Virus record (IMG/VR): IMGVR_UViG_3300031993_000052
Span: 1 to 64,000 of that record
From: an uncultured virus (IMG/VR IMGVR_UViG_3300031993_000052)
Lineage: Duplodnaviria > Heunggongvirae > Uroviricota > Caudoviricetes
DNA length: 64,000 bases
Direction: 5' to 3' (one strand)
The notes below the pieces were generated by a model, which was given only the letters and a program-made list of their open reading frames with translations, made no database searches and was not told where the DNA came from. Positions 58,817 through 64,000 of this stretch are shown here, in pieces (position 1 is the stretch's first letter; each line of letters opens with the position of its first letter). The translations under genes and the position numbers were made by a program.

Positions 58817-58894
58817 TGGTAGCGCGGACGGGACTCGAACCCGCAATCTCCACCTTGAAAGGGTGGCGACTTAAACCAGTTTGTCCACCGCGCC
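58817..58894 (-). tRNA. tRNA-Glu(TTC), CCA encoded
   Basis: CCACC-CT TTC AA-GGTGG. Confidence 0.95.
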
Positions 58895-59047
58895 GTTCAG
58901 TGCGGTATAACCCGCACGTCCAACTGTTTGTTCATCTTGGAAAGTTGTCAACCTGCACGACTTCCTTTTTTGAGTTTTCCGCGCACTGCCGAGTTGTACG
59001 GACGAAACTTGAGAATGAAAAAAAAATAGTCAAATAAAAAAACATTG

Positions 59048-59121
59048 GGTGGAGAGTGGGACTCGAACCCACGACCTACGGAACCACAATCCGCCGTTCT
59101 GCCAACTGAACTATCCCCACC
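59048..59121 (-). tRNA. tRNA-His(GTG)
   Basis: G-1:C73; GCGGA-TT GTG GT-TCCGT. Confidence 0.95.
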
Positions 59122-59125
59122 AAAT

Positions 59126-59548
59126 AAGTGATTGATGTGTTGTTACACCAAATTCTCCGACGGCGGTTTCACGGACATCTCAACGGGCGACTAACTTGGC
59201 AACTACGCCCTGCGCCGAACTTTTCTTCATAGTTCGGACACCCCCGCTTTCGCGGTGAAGATTAAGAGCAATCTCCTCTCGTACTGTCGCTCCTTATCCG
59301 TCGTACCTGTCTCCGACACCGAATTGCACTTGCGCCACATCAAGGAGACACCCGTGTTTCAACGGGATTTTAATTGAGGACAACCGTGTATTCGTGCTTG
59401 TGACTCCGTGAGGTTGCCCATACCGCACCAAGTTCGCTGGTATGGTGTTCTTGTGACGTAAATCAACTATGCGCATAGTAGTATGTAGTCACTACCTCTT
59501 GAAACTCTTTAGAGGATGGACACTATCAGTCCCACCTTTCAATCACTT
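59126..59548 (-). ncRNA. ~420-nt large structured RNA candidate
   Basis: Closing stem AAGTGATTGA/TCAATCACTT filling the Ser-His tRNA gap; many internal hairpins. Confidence 0.55.
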
Positions 59549-59549
59549 G

Positions 59550-59637
59550 CGGAGAGTGAGGGACTTGAACCCCCGCGCCGTTTTCACGACCTATCTGTTT
59601 AGCAAACAGACCCCTTCACCGACTTGGGTAACTCTCC
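59550..59637 (-). tRNA. tRNA-Ser(GCT)
   Basis: TCTGT-TT GCT AA-ACAGA. Confidence 0.93.
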
Positions 59638-59805
59638 AAAAAAGCAAAATCTTACACAAGACGAGTTGCGCTTTAACTCTCTTGTCCTTCGCTGTGGCGA
59701 GACCACGGATTGCTCCGCACTTTTGTTGTTAAACTTCCACAGACCCCATTCTCATCGGAATCCCAAGCGGAAAAGATTTTATCCGCACCCTTTGATTTTG
59801 CTATG

Positions 59806-59949
59806 CTGTTATGGCGGGACTCGAACCCGCAGTACCGCAGTAATCCTGAACCGCGGGCAACCTTTACGTCTCACTCCCAAGACTTCTAATCTGACCGACA
59901 ATGGTGACGGTTTCAAGCGAGGGTTTGCCAATTCCCCTTCACATAACAG
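59806..59949 (-). ncRNA. tRNA-like RNA with an expanded central region
   Basis: Acceptor CTGTTATG/CATAACAG, D-like AGGG..CCCT arm, perfect T arm; ~90 nt in place of the anticodon and variable arms. Confidence 0.55.
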
Positions 59950-59968
59950 TTGTGTGTTGATGAATTTG

Positions 59969-60048
59969 TAGGGGAGGTGGGACTCGAACCCACATACACC
60001 AATTACAGAATTAACGACTGTATATAAGACAGGACTGATACACCCCTA
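59969..60048 (-). tRNA. atypical tRNA-like gene lacking a D arm, TAT loop (Ile?)
   Basis: T arm GTGGG-TTCGAGT-CCCAC; CTGT-CT TAT AT-ACAG; long variable region. Confidence 0.5.
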
Positions 60049-60135
60049 TGCGATGCCGAGAATCCCTGTCATAAATTTGCCCGCCAACGGCGGACACCCA
60101 TCAACAGATGGGGCAAGGCATTGCTTGTGAAAGAG

Positions 60136-60209
60136 TGCTCCCAGCAGGACTTGAACCTACGACCCCCTGATTATGAGTCAGGCGCACTAACCAACTGTGC
60201 TATGGGAGC
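60136..60209 (-). tRNA. tRNA with CAT anticodon (Ile2-like or Met)
   Basis: CCTGA-CT CAT AA-TCAGG. Confidence 0.9.
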
Positions 60210-60216
60210 ATAGAAA

Positions 60217-60289
60217 CAAGGCGGTTTTTTTAGCGAGTACAAATTAACGGTTTGTTGCTTGAAAATAGTGGTTTGCGGAATCCGCCTTT
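60217..60289 (-). ncRNA. scaffold RNA with Asn(GUU) anticodon stem-loop
   Basis: AAGGCGG/CCGCCTT, CCGCAAAC, ACAAA-CCGTTAA-TTTGT. Confidence 0.7.
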
Positions 60290-60329
60290 ATATGTTCAGT
60301 ATTATGGAAAAAGAGAAAATTCAAAAAAA

Positions 60330-60399
60330 CAAGGCAGGGGTTGTTAGCGAGTACAAATTAAAAGTTTGTTGCTTGGATAGGTTTGCTGCACCTGCCTTT
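60330..60399 (-). ncRNA. scaffold RNA with Lys(UUU) anticodon stem-loop
   Basis: AAGGCAGG/CCTGCCTT, CAGCAAAC, ACAAA-CTTTTAA-TTTGT. Confidence 0.7.
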
Positions 60400-60439
60400 A
60401 TTATTCAGTATTATGGAAAGAGAAGATTCAAAAAAAAAA

Positions 60440-60505
60440 CAAGGGAGATTTGTTGCGTTTCAAAGTTACAGTTTGATGCCTACAATGTTTGCTGAACCTC
60501 CCTTT
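60440..60505 (-). ncRNA. scaffold RNA with Tyr(GUA) anticodon stem-loop
   Basis: AAGGGAG/CTCCCTT, CAGCAAAC, TCAAA-CTGTAAC-TTTGA. Confidence 0.7.
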
Positions 60506-60510
60506 AGATA

Positions 60511-60577
60511 CAAGGTGATTTTTTTGCTTGGTTGAATTTGGATTTCACTTTGCAATGCGTTTGCTGCAATCACCTTT
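60511..60577 (-). ncRNA. scaffold RNA with Trp(CCA)-like loop
   Basis: AAGGTGATT/AATCACCTT, CAGCAAAC, TGAA-ATCCAAA-TTCA. Confidence 0.6.
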
Positions 60578-60589
60578 TTGTTTTAATTG

Positions 60590-60662
60590 TATCCCCGCAG
60601 GGACTCGAACCCCAATCTTGAGTTCCGTGGACTCACATTCTAATCCATTGAACTACGGGGAC
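60590..60662 (-). tRNA. tRNA-Arg(ACG)
   Basis: TGAGT-CC ACG GA-ACTCA (C33 is unusual). Confidence 0.88.
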
Positions 60663-60767
60663 TTATATGGGCGGGGTTATCGTCATACCTTACTATAGTT
60701 ATACGCCGAATATGATGTTATCCCCTGCGTAAACTTGTTCCAATGTACGGTTGGAGTTTACGTTTAG

Positions 60768-60840
60768 TGGGAAGGGGTGGAGTCGAACCACCATCATCGG
60801 ATTTTCAGTCCGCTGCATAGACCTGCTTTGCTACCTTCCC
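60768..60840 (-). tRNA. tRNA-Phe(GAA)
   Basis: CGGA-CT GAA AA-TCCG. Confidence 0.9.
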
Positions 60841-60919
60841 GTTTTGCGGATGTGTGTCTCGCGACAGGCGTCCGCAACTGATAAATATAAAAAAACACAA
60901 ATAAAATGATTATCACAAG

Positions 60920-60990
60920 AGCGGCATATCAGAATCGAACTGACATATCCAGATTGGAAGTCTGGCGCACTGCCTTTGTGCTAATGCCGC
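60920..60990 (-). tRNA. tRNA-Gly(TCC)
   Basis: CCAGA-CT TCC AA-TCTGG. Confidence 0.92.
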
Positions 60991-61082
60991 GTGAGGCGCG
61001 CGTCCGCGCCCGTACAAGAGGCGTGATGAAATGACTTATCCCAAAAGTTTTTCTTGTTTTTTGCCGAATGCCTCTTTTTTTG

Positions 61083-61196
61083 CCGCGGAGATTGGAGTCG
61101 AACCAATGTCAGGAGTTCCCAATAGCGAAAATTGCTGATAGGTTCTTTGAACAAGAATCATTTGCTACTCCCGTTCTGCCGTTAAACTACTCCGCG
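61083..61196 (-). tRNA. tRNA with ~43 extra nt in the anticodon loop (identity uncertain; Pro TGG possible)
   Basis: Acceptor CGCGGAG/CTCCGCG, D and T arms intact; stem GGAGT/ACTCC encloses ~50 nt. Confidence 0.6.
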
Positions 61197-61540
61197 ATGT
61201 TCCGACATAATGTGGTGTGAACCGCTGAAACCACAATCGCACTTTCGCTGTCGGGGCGAACTCCGCTTTGTTTCTCCGGAGCGGAAAACCATCACTGCAT
61301 TCGTTTTGATTAACAATATACAGCATCACGGTATCGCACCGTGCTCTCTCCGCAGGGTCGCGGGCGTGTCACTTGACACCTATGTTGCAGTGATTGTATG
61401 TCCTCCCGCCCGTGCCTTTGCACATTATCTGCGGATTTGTATGGACACGTTTCAAGGTTGTGCTGAAACCCGACGCCATTCTAAATGTTATTTTAAGGAA
61501 GCGTTTAACTCTCCTAAAACTATGTGCGGCATAGTCTTTG

Positions 61541-61611
61541 TTGAACTTGGAGGACTCGAACCTCCACCAACAGAACCAAAATCTGTTGTGCTGCCATTAC
61601 ACCAAAGTTCA
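61541..61611 (-). tRNA. tRNA-Gln(TTG)
   Basis: ACAGA-TT TTG GT-TCTGT. Confidence 0.93.
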
Positions 61612-61616
61612 ATATG

Positions 61617-61688
61617 TGGGTCGGGCGGGACTCGAACCCGCAGTCCCCTGATTAAGAGTCAGGTGCAGTGCCATTTTGCTACCGACCC
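61617..61688 (-). tRNA. tRNA-Lys(CTT)
   Basis: CCTGA-CT CTT AA-TCAGG. Confidence 0.93.
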
Positions 61689-61692
61689 GATG

Positions 61693-61848
61693 TGGGCAGG
61701 GAAGGATTTGAACCTCCGAACCCGAATGGGAGCGGATTGGCAATGTGGGAAATTACGAATTTCCGAAACTTCATTATTCACATTGCGGTTTAACGTGTAA
61801 CCTTCACGTAGTACAGTCCGCCGCGTTTAACCACTTCGCTACCTGCCC
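61693..61848 (-). tRNA. tRNA-Tyr(GTA) interrupted by a 73-nt insert (61739-61811) between positions 36 and 37
   Basis: GCGGA-CT GTA [73 nt] AA-TCCGC; all other arms are canonical Tyr. Confidence 0.85.
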
Positions 61849-61860
61849 TTATAGAATTTG

Positions 61861-61931
61861 TGGACATTACGGGAATCGAACCCGCTTTCACGCCTCCCGT
61901 TGCAGTGGGACACGCTACTGCCGTTATGCCC
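61861..61931 (-). tRNA. atypical tRNA-Cys(GCA)-like
   Basis: T arm intact; TCCC-ACTGCAAC-GGGA (8-nt loop); short D arm. Confidence 0.5.
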
Positions 61932-61942
61932 TTGTTGTTATG

Positions 61943-62014
61943 TGTCACGGATGAGACTCGAACTCACAATCCCCTGATTAAAAGTCAGGTGCATCGCCAT
62001 TATGCTACCGTGGC
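61943..62014 (-). tRNA. tRNA-Lys(TTT)
   Basis: CCTGA-CT TTT AA-TCAGG. Confidence 0.93.
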
Positions 62015-62839
62015 ATTTTTTATTTTTTGTATTATATTTTTAATGAATCGTTCTTTACATTCTTTTGGCATTTTTTTATACCGAGACCATCTTATTCTAA
62101 ATAAACACGTCCATCCATTTTTTTGTAATACTTCAGTTCGTTTTTTGTCGTGTTTAACAATACGCTTGTCCAAATAATGTTGTTCCCCATCAACTTCAAA
62201 ATATGTTTTTGTTATTGGAAATGCAAAATCCAAAAAATACCCAAATTGATAATAATTTTGTTCATATTCAATATGTTCATCATTCAAAATTTGCTTAAAA
62301 TACTTTTCACAATAACTATCACCGTGTGAATGATGATTTAATACATAAGGAACTTTATTCGGGTGCTTTTTCAAATACTTTTTTCTAATATCAGAAAGGT
62401 GCTGTTTTTCTTGTTCAGTATGCTTTATTCCTTTTTGTGGACTTTTTAATTCACCGTTTTCATAACGGAGTTTAAGTGAAATTGCTGCTTGTTTAACACG
62501 CTCATCTGTCTCTTTTGTTAAACCTTTGTTCCACGGACGCTTACCCATCATACCATTACGATATACTCTATTTTTGTTTTGTGGACACTTACATTCGTGT
62601 GCTTTAAGTGATTTTACACTATAACATTGTTTTCCACAGTATTTACAAACAAGACTTTCATCTTTGTCGTAATGATAATTTTCATTACTATGTTTTTTTG
62701 AATATACCGCATAACCACAAACGTGATTTTCCAAAGGTTTTCTATTTGGATTCAACTTACAAGTTCTTTCGTGAATACCCAATGCACAAGAACGTTTTAA
62801 CATTTTGTTACAATACCTACAAATATACATCATTTCCAA
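62000..62839 (-). CDS. putative homing endonuclease (Zn fingers + NUMOD3-like + DUF559/Vsr-like) inserted in the tRNA array
   Basis: CRYC..H..C twice, PWNKGLTKETD, KHTE..K..LS..RK, LDFAF...EVDGEQH...D..R...L...GW; AT-rich; late promoter at 62850 (-). Confidence 0.75.
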   Translation of the reverse strand: MEMMYICRYCNKMLKRSCALGIHERTCKLNPNRKPLENHVCGYAVYSKKHSNENYHYDKDESLVCKYCGKQCYSVKSLKAHECKCPQNKNRVYRNGMMGKRPWNKGLTKETDERVKQAAISLKLRYENGELKSPQKGIKHTEQEKQHLSDIRKKYLKKHPNKVPYVLNHHSHGDSYCEKYFKQILNDEHIEYEQNYYQFGYFLDFAFPITKTYFEVDGEQHYLDKRIVKHDKKRTEVLQKNGWTCLFRIRWSRYKKMPKECKERFIKNIIQKIKNATVA

Positions 62840-62886
62840 TATATTATTATATTTATAAGTACGCTAACATTGAGTTATCATCATTG

Positions 62887-62959
62887 TAGCGGGAGCAGGA
62901 CTCGAACCTGCGATTACGAGATTATGAGACTCGTGAGATGACCACTTCTCCATCCCGCT
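62887..62959 (-). tRNA. tRNA-Met(CAT), initiator-like body
   Basis: AGCGGGA/TCCCGCT; GAGA/TCTC D stem; CT CAT AA. Confidence 0.85.
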
Positions 62960-62966
62960 ATGTTTA

Positions 62967-63036
62967 CAAGGTGGCATAACCATTAACCTTAAATTAAATA
63001 AATACTATGGAAACTGTTTTGCTGAAAACCACCTTT
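62967..63036 (-). ncRNA. CAGCAA-scaffold RNA with AU-rich apical part
   Basis: AAGGTGG/CCACCTT with CAGCAAAAC after the 5' strand; no clear anticodon loop. Confidence 0.5.
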
Positions 63037-63040
63037 CTTG

Positions 63041-63114
63041 CTGGGATGGAGGGACTTGAACCCCCGACTTACGGATTAACAGTCCGCCGTTCTGACCAAC
63101 TGAACTACATCCCA
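63041..63114 (-). tRNA. tRNA-Asn(GTT)
   Basis: GCGGA-CT GTT AA-TCCGT. Confidence 0.95.
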
Positions 63115-63120
63115 TTGTTG

Positions 63121-63195
63121 TGGGCAAGGCAGGACTTGAACCTGCGACCCCCGCCTTATCAGAGCGGTGTTCTGACCAAACTGAACTACTTGCCC
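63121..63195 (-). tRNA. tRNA-Ile(GAT)
   Basis: CCGCT-CT GAT AA-GGCGG. Confidence 0.95.
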
Positions 63196-63273
63196 GTGAA
63201 AATTGAGTTGGTTTATGGTCTAACTCAAGACTAACGACCGCTCTTATTATGAAAAACAATAATATGGTTTTTG

Positions 63274-63357
63274 TGGTCGGGGCGGGAATTGAACCCGCAC
63301 GTCCTTTCGGACAAAGGTTTTTGAGACCTTCGCGTCTACCAATTCCGCCACCCGACC
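63274..63357 (-). tRNA. tRNA-Leu(CAA)
   Basis: AAGGT-CT CAA AA-ACCTT. Confidence 0.95.
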
Positions 63358-63400
63358 GCAGGCGTCAATGCGGCAAAGAGAGCGTAAAAAGGATTTATAG

Positions 63401-63481
63401 TGCGTCAGAAAGGACTCGAACCTTCACGCCTCTCGGCATCGGTTCCTAAAACCGACGTGTCTGCCATTCCACCACAGACGC
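63401..63481 (-). tRNA. tRNA-Leu(TAG)
   Basis: TCGGT-TT TAG GA-ACCGA. Confidence 0.92.
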
Positions 63482-63487
63482 ATTTTA

Positions 63488-63541
63488 CAAGATACTTAAA
63501 ATTTCCTATAATTTTTTTAATAGATTGCTGAATGTATCTTT
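63488..63541 (-). ncRNA. short CAGCAA-scaffold RNA
   Basis: AAGATAC/GTATCTT with ATTCAGCAAT; A-rich apical loop. Confidence 0.45.
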
Positions 63542-63549
63542 ATTTCTCG

Positions 63550-63627
63550 CGTACCGTACGGGACTCGAACCCGCATTTACCTCCGTCACGATGACAGCGT
63601 GCTTACCGCTATTACACCAAACGATAC
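63550..63627 (-). tRNA. atypical tRNA (TCG in a collapsed loop; Arg- or Asp-derived)
   Basis: Acceptor GTATCGT/ACGGTAC and T arm intact; CTGTCA-TCG-TGACGG. Confidence 0.5.
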
Positions 63628-63703
63628 TGACGGGAGATTGAACGCTAAAGAATGCGGTATCGCGATTACCGCGAAGCGTCTTGTACAACCTTTGTCCCGT
63701 TTG

Positions 63704-63775
63704 CGGTCACACTGGGAATCGAACCCAAATCTCGTGATAGACAGTCACGCATCTTAACCTTTAGACGATGCGACC
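63704..63775 (-). tRNA. tRNA-Asp(GTC)
   Basis: CGTGA-CT GTC TA-TCACG. Confidence 0.9.
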
Positions 63776-64000
63776 GTTTGTCGGTTTATGTCCGCGCCTC
63801 TCCACGACGCTTCCAATCTTTTGCATAATTTCAGCGATTTATACACGCAGTTCCGACTACTTTGCGTGTGCCCCGTAAAAATGTGGAACATACATCTACG
63901 GACATAACTCCCCGCAGCGGAGCAGGCGTTTTTTCACGCAACGCCCCTTGCGTACCATTACGGCGGTATTGGAGACGCCGCAAGGAATTTGACCGTTTTT

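Noticed and set aside
58425..59548. tmRNA or RNase P identity for the large RNAs
   Set aside because: No tRNA-like 3' end with T arm and CCA, and no GAGGAAAGUCC-type P4 motif found by eye.
59806..59949. Selenocysteine tRNA
   Set aside because: It has an 8-bp acceptor but no UCA in a proper 7-nt anticodon loop.
60217..60577. CRISPR array or plain terminators
   Set aside because: Units are not identical repeats with unique spacers; they conserve an internal unpaired motif and a nested stem-loop, which terminators do not need. A secondary terminator role is not excluded.
61321..61388. Further cloverleaf-like sequence
   Set aside because: T-loop (TGCGATA) and anticodon loop are non-canonical; at best a decayed tRNA.
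56753..63688. Many short ORFs in the tRNA region
   Set aside because: They overlap tRNAs or structured RNAs and lack phage codon bias; only 62000-62839 was kept within this span.

Overview
This 64-kb window comes from a large T4-like myovirus (jumbo-phage style) read in the standard genetic code. The host is probably Bacteroidota, inferred from the lack of Shine-Dalgarno sequences, A-rich start contexts and one TAnnTTTG promoter. Contents in order: a truncated tnpB; two very large late (virion) genes; an AT-rich candidate replication origin at an apparent GC-skew switch, with a ColE2/pAL5000-type Rep primase nearby; a replication/metabolism block (IF-1, gp46/SbcC ATPase, Mom-like DNA modifier, a family-B DNA polymerase split into two genes in reversed order, putative clamp, GroES, RNase H, thioredoxin, kinases/phosphoesterases); tail sheath, major capsid, neck-like and amidase genes under TATAAATA late promoters, interleaved with three repeat-rich endonuclease-GNAT genes; and a minus-strand array of about 30 tRNA and tRNA-like genes containing several large structured non-coding RNAs. 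The most unusual signals: (1) a family of ~70-nt RNAs with a conserved CAGCAAAC scaffold displaying swappable tRNA anticodon stem-loops (Lys, Lys, Asn, Tyr, Trp), possibly decoys for anticodon nucleases; (2) a transposase-less cassette with 23-bp TIRs and an 8-bp TSD carrying a PRTase, with the same end sitting next to tnpB; (3) a GATATATC-N3-GATATATC motif recurring every ~3-9 kb; (4) tRNAs with unexplained anticodon-arm insertions. All calls were made by eye; no database searches or folding programs were run.
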